From Selaginella moellendorffii (taxonomy: Eukaryota > Plantae > Lycopodiophyta), in contig NW_003314405.1 in NCBI RefSeq assembly GCF_000143415.4, positions 20,282 to 84,281 on the forward strand: a stretch of DNA of 64,000 bases. Direction: 5' to 3'. The translations under genes and the position numbers were made by a program. The notes beneath the pieces are model-generated. The model worked only from the letters and a program-made list of their open reading frames with translations. It did not search any database and was not told the DNA's origin. Shown here piece by piece: positions 12,149-24,400 of this stretch. Each line of letters opens with the position of its first letter. Position 1 is the first letter of the stretch.

Positions 12149-15100
12149 ATGGAGGAGGAGCGACGAGTGTGGATCGGCTGTGACTCTGTCAAGGAGATCA
12201 AGGAGGCTCTCGCAGCGGAGCGGGACAACAAGCGGCACTTCGATGCGATTATGTTTACTTGTGGGGAGATCTTGGAGAGGCTTCACTCATCCAAAGGTGA
12301 GTTTGTTGATGAGGTGAGTGCTACCGTCGAGAGGTTTGGAGGCACAGAGGAGGATCTGATTGGTGTGCTCAACTGCTGCATTTCAAGACCACGCTGGTTA
12401 GACAGGGCTCTGGATGTGGGAGATGGCAGTTCGTCTGCTGCTGCTGCTGCTCACATTGACATTCTCAAGGCCGCTTTGGTACCACAGCTCGACATCAGAT
12501 TCATCCACTTCGCTGCCAGGGTCGCTTGTAGGTTGGGCATTCCCAGTGATCGAATGCAAAGGGTGGCAGAGGGCATTGCTCCTCCTCAGCAGGGACAGGA
12601 TATTCTCCAGATTGAGATGCAGAGGTTTGCAAAGCTACTGACGATGACAGAGGAATTCAAGGTCTTGAAAGGGCTAGATTTCTATTGGCGAAGCGAAGAC
12701 ATCCTCACACCACCTCAGGAGCTTGAGTTGGCCTTTGCTCAGCTCGACTGCTTGACAGAGCTCGTGTTGGACAAGGTTGGGAACCCAGAGACTCTCCTTA
12801 GCCAACTCCTTAGGAAAGCAGGAAACAACTTGAAACGTCTCGAATTGCTGGGGAACAGGATGACAGTGGAAGGATTTGGGAAATTGAGTAGGGATCTGGC
12901 AAGTCAGGAGTGCAAGGTGGAAGAGTTAGTCATCTTCGACGATGAGGGCATTGCCAAGGAAGGGTGGGAACAGGCATTTCAGAATGGCATTTGCAATAAG
13001 CTAGTAAAACTGACGGCATCGTTTCCAGAGGGGGCAGGTGAAGCACTCTTCAAGGCACTCACGAGTCCAAGCTGTTCGCTGCAAAGACTATACCTATCTT
13101 GGGAAACTGATCCTGGAGTGTTGCCATGGGTATGCAAGGCTCTTCAGGAGGGCACCAGCCTGTCAGTTTTAGGTTGCCGAAGTGAGGACCTGAGCAATGC
13201 AACGGGCCTGGGTGAGGCCCTGAGCAGCGCTAAGTGTGGCTTGGAGGAACTCTGCGTTCCACTTTATCCAGGTGATGGTGGTGGATGGTTGGGCAAAGCG
13301 CTACAAAATCCCAATTGCAAGCTGATCAAGCTCAACCTTGATTGTCCCAACGAGGGAGGAGGAATGGTCTGGGACAGCAGTCTGTGGTCAGCTCTCTCAA
13401 GTCCACATTGTAAGCTGCGCCATTTGGAAATATGGGGTAGCGCGGGAGGAGAAGATGAGTTAACGTTGGAGTTTGCCGAGGGCATAGAGAAGAGCCAACT
13501 GGAGCATTTGGGTATATCGGAGTGCAAAATCACGAATGGGGAGCCCTTTTGGAAAGCTATCACCAGCTGCAAGTCTCTGAAAGCTTTGACTTTGTCATGT
13601 CACTGGGAGCTGCCATGGAGGTGCCTTTTGGGAAGCAGCATTGAAGACTTACATATTCAATTTAAGTCAGAAATTGAAAACCTGGAAGATCTTTGCCGGT
13701 TGCTGGGGGATGCAAAATGCAAGGTGCGCAGATTCAGGGCTCCTTTTCTTACAAGTGATGCACAGAAGAGACAAATTCTGGCTGCCCTGGAGGAAAACTA
13801 CCAAAGCCTCGTGGAAGAGCTTGATCTAGGCAATGATTCCGAAGCTTCTGAAGCTTTCAAGCAGAGGTGTTCTGGTCTTTTAGAGCGGAATGCAATCTTC
13901 CAGCAGAGTGCATTCAAAGACTTTGACAACCCGTCAACAGCAAAGCTCTTCTTGTGTGGTGCTAGCAGGGTTGGAAAGACCACAATAAAAAAAAACCTCT
14001 GCCGCAGAGTGTCTTGGTTTCCATCATGTCTCCAAAGGCATGCTTCAACAGCAGGCATTGAGCTGCAACCACTTGTCTATGCGACCACCAAACAAAAGCT
14101 GCTCATTTGCGACCTGGCTGGACAGGAAGAGTTCCATGCTTTCCACCAGTACTTTCTCAGAGGAAGTGAGAACGATCTCTTCTTGATCGTATGCAAGGTG
14201 GAGGATGACAATTGTGACGTTTTCAAGCAGAATTTGGTTTACTGGCTGAGGTTCATCGCTTCACGTCAATCAGCCTCACCCAAAAGGAAGCCCAGGGTCT
14301 TGATTGCCTCGAACTTTTTCACTCCAGAACCCGACTTTGACCCAAAGGAGGTGGTTTCTGCAATAATCTCCGACAAAGGCTATGAGCAAGTACTTGAGTT
14401 TGGGACAGATCTTTGTTTTGAGGTGGTGGCCACTCAAGTGAAAGATTTAAGGGGGATAAAAACCATGTTGGGGAGTTGCTTGGAAGAACTGCTGTCAGCC
14501 CAGCAAAAAATACCACGGGAATGTCTCAAAGCAAAGAGGAAATTGGTACAAGATCCAACTCACAAGAAGGTCATACCCCTAGAAAAAGTTGGCAAAATCC
14601 TCTTGCCTCACAGGAGTTCCAAGAATGTTCTCAAATTCGTCTTGCAATTTCTACATGATTCTGGTGATGCAATTTACTTTGGCTTGGGACATGAAGAGGA
14701 CGACATTGTGTCTCAATTTGTCATCTTAGATGTCCAATGGTTTATGAGGGATGTGGTGCAACTCTTCATACATACTGAGACAAGCAAATTCAAAAGTCAA
14801 ATGGAAACACACAGAGTTAAACATCAGTTGAAGCAACAATGTGGGAACCAAGACAAAATAGTGGAGTACATTCTTGGAGTGCTCCATGAGATGGGAGTGA
14901 TATTGCCTTGGGATGATAAATGGGATGGGAATTGGCATAACTTGCCCAAAGAGTTGATAATGCCAACATTATTGCAAGAAGAATATTCACCTCCAGAATG
15001 TTTATTGTCACCCTCAGTGCCAATTGACACTCAAAAAAACCACAACTACTGGGGCAGGAGGTTTGAATGCAAAGACAAGGACTTGAAATTGTTTCCTGCA

Positions 15101-16521
15101 AGTATTTTCACAAAGATCCAAGTTAAACTTCACAAATTAAGCAAGCAAGGTATCAAGCTTGGGAATGGATGGGTGGCTTTGAAAGAAAACCTTATCAACA
15201 CAATTGTGAGAGTTGGGGGAGACACAGACAATTGGAAAGATAGGCAATGGGTTGATGTCATCATTTACTACCCAAAAGAGGTAGAGAATACACCAAGGCC
15301 GGATTTAGAAAAGGAAGCTCAAGGATGGATGGAAAAAATTAGAAATTGCATTATTGGGGTATGTATGGAGGATTGCCCATCTTTGGAAATTGAAGAAAAT
15401 GTGATGAGACGTGGTTATGTGTGGAGAAGGATACTAAATAATGTGGGCAAACCAAAATCATGGGATGCAGTTATTTATCCACTAAAGAAAGTCAAATGTG
15501 AAGCAAGAGAAAGCGGTCTAGACTACTCTCACACTTGGAATGATTCACATGAAGCAGAGAGTTGGGATGTGATTAACAATTTGAAGGTCTCAGATGAGAA
15601 TGCTTTGGCCAAGTTATTGATGCCTAATGAGCAAAAGTATGAAGTGGTGAATAAGTTTGTTGAGCTTCATAAACTCTTAAAGGACTATGAGGAGGTTGGA
15701 GAAGTCACAATTCCCAAAGCATCATCAAATGTTGTTGAGTTTCCAAACATTGAAGACCCAAAACTCGATGCAATTTTTAGATATTTTGATAAGAAGTTTG
15801 ATAAAATGGAGAACCGGTTTGACAAGTTGGATACAAAACTTGATAACATTGAAGTAAGCCTTAACGAGCTCAAGAATGGACTCAAGTCTATCATGGATAA
15901 AGTGAATGCAATCCATACAACGTGTTTTCAAGTATTATTGAAATTGGAGACAGATTGCCCAAAATATCCATATATTCTTGATGAGAATAATAGGTGGAAA
16001 AATTACAGCAAAATATTGGGAACACATGTTAAACTTCACTACTTGTGTGAATGGCCTCAAGGAACTTTTAAAGGTCATCAAGTGAAGAGTTCTGTAGGTG
16101 TTGAATTGGATCTCCCACCAAACTGGCTCAAGAAATTTGCTCCAGTACTTAAACATACATTGATCCTATTATTTATTGGGGCTAAAGTTGGAGGACATTT
16201 TGCTGGTGTTGGAGAAATAATGAATGCAATGGTGGATGAGATCAAGGGAAGCCTCATAAGCTTTTTGGATTCATGTCTTCTCAAAAACAAGTTAACTACA
16301 AATCCCAAAGCAGAAGATGTGCAAGAGATATTTAAGCTAGTGACAATTACAATTGGGAAAGAAGAAAAACAGGAGACAATCATGGAAAAACATTTTGCTC
16401 TTCATCCCACAATCTTAGAGGGAAGAAAAATATGGGTCTGCAAAGGTATTTAATATTTAAGTTTTTAGTTTTTTCTAACAAACATCATTTTAAAGCAGAT
16501 CATCAATCTAAATTTTTATGA
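12149..16521 (+). CDS. TORNADO1-like Roco protein (LRR-Roc-COR-coiled coil); long exon 12149-16445, predicted 53-bp intron 16446-16498, terminal exon 16499-16521
   Basis: 1434-codon ORF. RI-like LRRs (LTSPSCSLQRLYL, LSSAKCGLEELCV, LQNPNCKLIKLNL, LSSPHCKLRHLEI). P-loop GASRVGKTT at 13958, switch I STAGIEL, G3 DLAGQEEF at 14111. COR-like LQFLHDSGDAIYF..VILDVQWF. Heptad coiled coil at ~15790-15915. C-terminal KLHYLCE and WVCK|DH as in TRN1-type proteins. Confidence 0.9.
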
Positions 16522-17540
16522 GGTGGTTTGGTAAAACGAAGGTAAATAAACATGCTTTATATAGTTATTACTATATGTCTTTGGTATGATTGGGGTATTT
16601 TTTATAGCAGAAGTTAAGGAGGTAAGTTTGCATTATAACTCCAAATTATTCTTTCCTGTTTATTCTAATGTTTCAAGTTCATTTCAGTGTTGAATTTTTA
16701 ATGCTTTAAATGAAGGAAAAACTACCAAATAATTTATTTTTTATCTTATAATTTAGATGATAAAACAATATATATTTACAAAGGTATTTTATATTGAAAT
16801 GTATCCATGCTTTTAGTTTTATCTAACAGAAGCTATGTAGGGTATTTAAAGTAAATCATTAATCATATGTTTTGTTTTTCATCCCATAATCCTGGATGAA
16901 AGAAAAATATGGGTCTACAAAGGTATTTAACATTTAAGTTTTTGGTTTTATCTAACAAAAACCATTCTAAATCAGATCATCAATCTATATTTTTACGAGA
17001 TGATTTGGCAAGATGAAAGTAAATAAATATGCTTTATAAAGTTATTGCTATATGTCTTTGGAATGATTGGGCTATATTTTGTAATAGAAGTCAATGAGGT
17101 AAATTTGCATTATTGCTTTAAAATATTATTTCATGTTTATTCTAATGTTCCAAGTTTATTTCAGTGTTGAATGTTTAATAATTCAAGTGAAGGAAAAGCT
17201 AGTCAAATGATGTCATATTAATCATATTTTGATAAGAAGACTAAAATTGTGAAAGAAATTGATCAAAAGACAATCATGGCCAAATATTTTAATATCCATC
17301 CTATAACCTTGGATTATAAAACAGTATAGATTTACAAAGGTATTTTACATTCAAATATAACTATGATTTTAGTTTTATTTAACGAAGACTATGTAGGGCA
17401 TTTTTACTATGATTATGCTACATTTCTTGATATAAGTCGATGAGGTATCTTTGCATATTGCTATAAAATAATTTTTATATTTATTCTGATGTTTCAGTAT
17501 TGAATGCTTTAAAGAAAAGCTACTCAGATGATCTCATGTT
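16360..17540 (+). repeat. Degenerate tandem array of the Roco C-terminal exon/intron module (about 4 copies, A-B-A-B, ~480-550 bp period)
   Basis: catcccacaatcttagagggaagaaaaatatgggtctgcaaaggtattt (16403) recurs at ~16880 (catcccataatcctggatgaaagaaaaatatgggtctacaaaggtattt), with more diverged copies at ~16740 and ~17295. All end in caaaggtattt. Confidence 0.85.
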
Positions 17541-17549
17541 AGTGGCATT

Positions 17550-20500
17550 TTTTCATTTTGGCATCTTTGGTAAAACAATTCTAGGAATAAAGTTAATTAT
17601 TATTAATAAACCTTTTGAGGTAATGCATTTCAAAACTAAATACAAGTGCTTAATTGTTATTTATCATCACATACTGTAGGAGATAACTTTATATTATCTT
17701 TACCAACTTCAACTTATTTTTTAAATTAATATTTAGCTAAAATATGTTACAAACTACACTTTAAAGACTTATCAAAATTGTCATTGTTCACAATTCCATT
17801 TACTTACTAAAGTTTATATAGAAATCTGTTTACTCTCCTCAATTACATATATTTACCATCCCATAAAACCAAACATTGTATTGTGTTTTAACTATTGTAA
17901 ACAAGTGCTTGAATGACAATAATTTAACAGCAAAAGGTTTTTGAGTGTCTGTAGATATTGTTTAGAAAATACAAAATATGTATTAAACACCACTAATTAT
18001 TATTTTAAAAATGAAGTATAAAGATATTTTTTACTATGAAATCATTTGCAACACATCAAGTATTACTTGAGAGTAGCTCTAATAAAAATGCTTTCTAAAT
18101 ACTTATTTTGAACATTCTAGTAAATATTTCATTTTTAAAAGGTTGTTTAATTTTAAATTGTTTTCTTTCTTGCTAGTTTCTTTACAAACATTAACTTATA
18201 TTATTTATGGCACTATAATCTCCTGAATTTGGGCTTTCTAGAAGGTCATCTAACCCAATACTATTTAAAGATGCTTAATCTCAAATAACCTAATACTTAT
18301 AACTAATTGGAACAAAGAGTACATTTCTATATTTAAAATAATATTAATAATTTTTTAAGTTATTATCTTTGGTTGTTTATAATCCATCATGTTTTTTTGC
18401 AAGAGTAGGGCTCTTCTAAGAGCCTTACTCTTTTAACACCTTACCCCTCGAGTTGAAATTAAAGTAAACTAAACCTATTAAATATCAATCTTAACATGTG
18501 GTGTGATTTTTTTAATCAACTAATAGAGTCACACCTTACACTTTTCTAATACCAATATAAGTTTTTAAATTTGGACTTCATAAAAAGTTATCTAGCCATT
18601 TGGGTATCCAAAAGTGGAACTAGACACATAGAGCATTTAGACCAAGTACAAAGTTGATGTGGTTACAAAAACACATCTTAAAGTTAGGAAACACCCAAAT
18701 TAATATCAGGGCCTATAGAAATTATAAGTGAGACTCCTTTAGATGATCCTAAAGTAAAAAAAAATTAATCATTTATAAAGATGTCGAAAGCATGGTGATA
18801 GTTGCAATCACCACCACCATAACAAAAATGACAAGCCATAATTATAGTATACTCCTATTTACATTGCCTTGATAAGCATTTATGACATGTAAAAATTCAA
18901 AAATAAACTTTATCGAAACCTTTGCAAACTCAACCAAGTTTATGAGCCAAATGAAGAAGTTTGGCTTAGAGATGTTTGCCTAAGATCACTCCCAATTTTT
19001 ATCTCATCTTTGTTTAGAGAACCAACATCTCAATCATTTATTATACCTTGTAAATTGACAAGAAAAAGCTTCAAATTATCATTACTATACTGGTTTATAT
19101 GTTTTTCTCAAATTTTTGGACTAGTATTTAGTATTGGGTTGCTAAGATTTTATGCCAAGCTAAGTAATTTCTCAAGAGAAAGATTTAAGTGAATTTAAAA
19201 TAAACTCTTTTTAGACAATAACTTACAAAAAAAGAAAGGGTAAATCACTATATTATTTATATATGGAACTTGTTAAAGAGGACCAGTTTGATAAAAAATA
19301 CATTATCCAACTTAGGGCTTTATATATTGGTTGAGTGGAGCTAGATTATCAAGCAAAGATGAACATTTGGCTAAAGCTTTGATTTATTAATGGTTTTGTC
19401 GAGATTGGGCAAAATGTTATTATAAATTTATAGTTCATTTTGTAAGTGATTGGATTAATCTTTGTTACTCTTTACAGTTGGACAATCTCAAAAGTTCTCT
19501 CTTTTTTGCTTTTGAAGGAGAGCTTTGTTGGTGCTTGTACAAGTAAGTTGAGTAAAACAATCCAAACACGAAACGAATCCACCTGACCGCTGCCAGGGAT
19601 ATCAAAAAATTGTAACTTTTCTTATAATTATTTTCATCTATGTATCATTTACAAAAATTACACTCTAAAAATCTCACTTGCAAGAGGTTGCTTACCATAT
19701 CACCAAAGTTGTTAGTAACCTTGTGTAAAATTCATAGCTTCTCCTTAAATATCAATAATGGATTGTATTTCATTTTCATATCCAATATGGAAACATTTAT
19801 GAATGCCTTGTGGTACTAAGTATTTATCAAGTGACCACTTAATTTTAGATTCAATGTTTGTATTACAAAGAAAAAAAAGCAAGAGAAGGAATACTTGGAT
19901 TTTATGCTCCAAAAGTAATAAGAGTGAGAGTAGCACTTTTGGACTAACGAAAATATCCAAACCAAATAACACTTGAGATTCATAGATTGTCCTTGAAAGC
20001 CAAGATATCAACAAAAAGTAGTGATCACAAGAATAATAGGATAAGTGGTTGCATTTGAAATGTTGGAAATGAGTTGAGACTACATTCTCGAAATAAGTAC
20101 TATAAATAGAGAATGTTATTATTGTAGATTTGCATGTTTTGCAAAGGTGATACATACTTGTATGACATTTCTCCAAGAAAACCATAAATAATATCTAAAG
20201 AGTTTTGAGAAAAAACTTATCTTTCACATTTGTAATTTCCAAGTATCATGTATGTTGTATTTATATAGTTTCCTATACGAGCCACAATTTTCAAGATTGT
20301 GAATAAAAGTAGTAAGCCATTGTTTTTTAGGAGAACAATTCCTTGGAAAGCAATATCTAAAGCAAACTGTTAATAATTATCATTGCATTTCCAAGTGATG
20401 AATATGGTTAAGTGTTTGGATTGCCATTGAATAATCTAAGCCACATTTTGGTTGTAATGAGATTGGATATTATATGGTTAAAGTTAACCTTGGTGATATT

Positions 20501-21450
20501 TCCAATTTGAAGTGTTGACTTCTCATGATTGTCAAGAAAAAGTTTTGAACTTATTAATTTAAAATAATCTTGGTAAAACTTTAGAAGTTGGTCCCAAAAT
20601 TAATATTGAAATCTACAACAATTCTAATTATCAAATTTTTACCTATAACATGGAATCAACAATTGCATCTTTGGCTAAGGGAGTATACCCTTCAAAAAAA
20701 GTGAAGAACATCACAATCAAAAACTATATATTTAACAAGAAGTAAAAGAATGATTTTTCTAGAGAAGAGAAATGAATAAATTTATTGCATCCCCACTTAT
20801 TTTGTATTATATCTGTGAGCAAACTTTGATTAGCACAAGTTAAGAAACTATTCACTTGGTTGTAAGAGCACATCACACTACTCACTTGGCCATCTTAAAT
20901 GTAACTTTGGAAAAGTAGATTATAAAAGTTAATCAAGTTTTATTCACTCACCTATGAAAAACTTACGAGTGAAAGCATTTCACTCACTACATATTGAAAA
21001 GCAAAGAAAAAAAGTTGAAAGGAAGAGAGAGAAGTTGAAATTATACTTTTGCATTGAAGTAATTATAAACTCTTGAATTTGAAATTCCCGGGAAGTCACC
21101 TAACCCAAAGACACTTAACCCCAAATATCCCAAGACCTTTAACTGATTGGAAAAATGCTTGGAAAATAAAATGTATTTTTATTCATGAGCCCTTTCCCTC
21201 TATATTTGAACCCTATTAATTGTCTTTCAAGTTGTTCTCTTTAATTGTTTATAGTAATATCAATCCATTTATGGATAAGCTTGTGGTTTTGTAACTATAG
21301 ACAAAATTCTAGAACATAACACAAAACTTTACATCTCTAATCAAATAAAAAAGTGTGGAGTTAAATGAAGCTACAGTGAGTATCAACAATGGAAAAATTG
21401 TAGTAGCTAGAGTAAAATTGCCAAACTCTAGTGAGTAAGAATTTTTCTCT
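17550..21450. mobile_element. AT-rich, CpG-poor decayed element or gene relic of unknown family (right part duplicated at 1-1750)
   Basis: Sharp drop in GC and near absence of CpG. Broken protein-like frames on + (e.g. RNLCKLNQVYEPNEEVWLRDVCLRSLP, GEQFLGKQYLKQ). No recognisable transposase or RT motif. Confidence 0.35.
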
Positions 21451-24400
21451 TGTCTTTTTCATATGGCAGGGTGACACTATGCGATTCAGATGAAGCATCC
21501 TCAGAAAGCCCAGGTAAACATAGTGAATTTCCACTTGCGTTGCAAGAATGCCTTGATTATAAGCACATCTTGCTGTTTTTCTTCAGGACTAGTACTTGTG
21601 ATCTTGCAAATTGCAATTAAAGTATTTCGATTTAGTCAGGTATAGTTGCCGCAAAACATCCTCCTCTGCTGCCGCCGCAGTGCAAGTGGCCAAGCAGCAC
21701 AAACATTCATTCCCAACAAACACTGATTAGTTTACTCGTTTTGAAACATTACCAGATAGATAGTGTGGTGCTGGATTCAGGGGAGGTGCTCGTAACAATC
21801 ACGAAAGTTCCAGTTTGACTCCAAACATCTCCCGTGTGATCTTCCACTTGCAAGCGATGTCTTGTTCTTCATGTATCAATCAAATGGAAGGGAAGTTGCT
21901 ACCTCCAAAACTCGTTTGTTTCTTCTACAACAGTGTCGATACGATACACGGAGTAAAAAAGGAATCAATCCAAAAAGAGGATGTCCGTAAGATCACTACA
22001 GCTTAACCTCACTCTCGCAACTTGGTTCGGTGGTCTCTTCATGGAGGAATCCATGGCAGAAAGAGAAGGATCGTCAAGTCCGAGCTTTTGCAAACGAGGG
22101 AGCGATCGAGCGAAACGACGGCTGCCGCACACTGTGGATTGATCGATAAGTCTCTAGCTGGAGACACGGAGAATCCACCGAGCATCTCGACAGGAACTTT
22201 CATGATCATCATCACGCGCTTCAAGCACGGCCTAGCTTAACATCAACGACTTTGGGCTTGGCAAAGTTCTTTATGTCTCTCTCTCTCTCTCTCTCTCTCT
22301 TGCTGCTTGCTCGTGGATTTTTTAACGAATTTCTTCGTCTTCCGTGTGCTGCCGGGCTTGAGGAAATCTGTCCGAGAAACTGGGCATGTATCTTGTTTCC
22401 AGTTTGGGTTGCTTCGGACGACTTTCGTGCCGGTCGCCGGAGGAAAAAGAATTGTCATGGAAAAAACAATGGAACCTGTAAGCGCTCTGGACAACACGTT
22501 AGCTCGTCACATCCTTGGCAAAAAGCTTAGACTTTGCTGGATGATCCGCGGCCTTGATCTCAGGCTAATGCCGTGTCAGCGAGAGGAATTTAAAGACTTT
22601 TCCAGTCGACAAGAAGTGGTGGAGTGATCGGGCAGTGATCCATCGACTTCGAGCAAAACATGACATGGATCGAATCGTCCGAGTCCGAGTAGAAAAAGAA
22701 AAAGGACGAGATGGAGATGGAGGGATCAAAGAAGTGGAGCGTGGCAAAGTCAATCAAAGCCAGTGCCATTTCTTTCTCTCCTCTCAGATTTTTGCGCTCT
22801 CTCTCTCTCCTTCAAACTTTCTGTGTGTTTCTTTGGCTGGCAACAAAAACAAAGGCCACACATGGGGAGCTAAAGAGGGAACATGGACTCCCAGCCAACA
22901 ATAAAAATAAGCATTTTGGGGGGGGGGGTGGGGCCAAAACCTCCTGTCACATGTGGACCACTGGCCGATTCCGGAATATTCTCCGGCAGTGAATATTTTA
23001 TTATTCGCGAGGGTTAGGGCACCGCCCGAGTAAAAGGTGTTGCAATAGAGTCAAACCAATAATGACACGATGTAAAACAGAAGAACTATTGTCATCCCCT
23101 TAGTTTTTGATTTCTAGGTTTAGCTACAGTGGCGTTCTCTCTTTTATTCTCTTTAACAAAGCCCAATGAATGGAGTTTCAAACGTCGTACCCCACGTACT
23201 CTACGCGGGGTTGGTTGTCACGTAGAGGTGATCATGAGGAAGCACTACCAAGGATTGGAGGCGTATAATAAACTAGAGAGAGGCGTATGGTAGCGGTGAA
23301 GGCGTAGAGCGTACGGTGGCGGGTTCGAGTCCGGCGACGAGACCGCCGGTCCGTGGCTCGAGTCCGGCTCGGCGCGGCATCCGCTGGTCCGGGTTCGAGC
23401 CCGGCGTCCCCCAGTGGTCCATTTGATGACCCAAACTGGATTCCGACAAACTGGCAGCTTGGACAAAAGTGATTTAAATTCGGGGAGCTGCTAAATCTGG
23501 CAACAAACCGGTTAGCTAAATTTGAGGCAGATAGCTAAATTGGCCGTAAGCCCGAAGGGCTGAAAAGGGCGTCCACGGTGGCTGGATTGTATATCCAGAT
23601 GTAGCTGTGCCACGTGTCAAAAAGCCAGTGGACTTCCATGTCATAACCCGACCTGGGGGGAATTGTACGGCATTTGGATGGATAGCTATTAGCTAGTAGT
23701 TGGCTATGGCGAGGGGCGCTGCGCCTTTGCTCTTCTCTCTCTCGCCGAGCAAAGCGGGGATCTTGATGCGCTAGGGCATCGATTCTCGTTGATCGTGTTG
23801 GCAGCGCCTCGCAGCGGTGGCGGCATTGGGATTGTGACGCTTGCCCGGGCAATGTGTCGAATTTGAAGGCGCTGCGCCACTGTGTCACGGGCGCGATCGG
23901 CGAGCGCAGCGCGCGTCGACGGGGCATCGATGGAGCTAGGTAATCACACAAGGGGCTCGCGCTGAATCGAGCTTTTTCCTTCTTTCTCTCTGCTTCCCGT
24001 GATCTTCCTCGCTTTTCCCATTCGATCCTCGGCTTTCCATGGCGAATTGGAGGTAATCGCTCCGAAATATTCCCTCCTCTCGGAAGCGCTTGCTCGAAAT
24101 ATTTCCACTCCGATCGATCCGCAAGATGGAGCTCCACGGCGGCGACCCGGATCTCTGCTATGGCCTGGACGTGGATCTTGTGGGAGACAACGATGGAGGC
24201 CTGGGCGAGACGGTCGTCCAGGATCACGAGGATTTCAGCGACGACGACATGGACGTGGACGAGCTGGAGAAGAGGATTTGGAACGATCGGCTGCGGCTCA
24301 AGCGGATCAAGGACAAGCAAAAGGCCAGGGTCAACAACGCATTCTCCTCGAATCACTCGAATCACAGCAGCCATGGGCAGCAGCAGCAGCAGCAGCAGCA

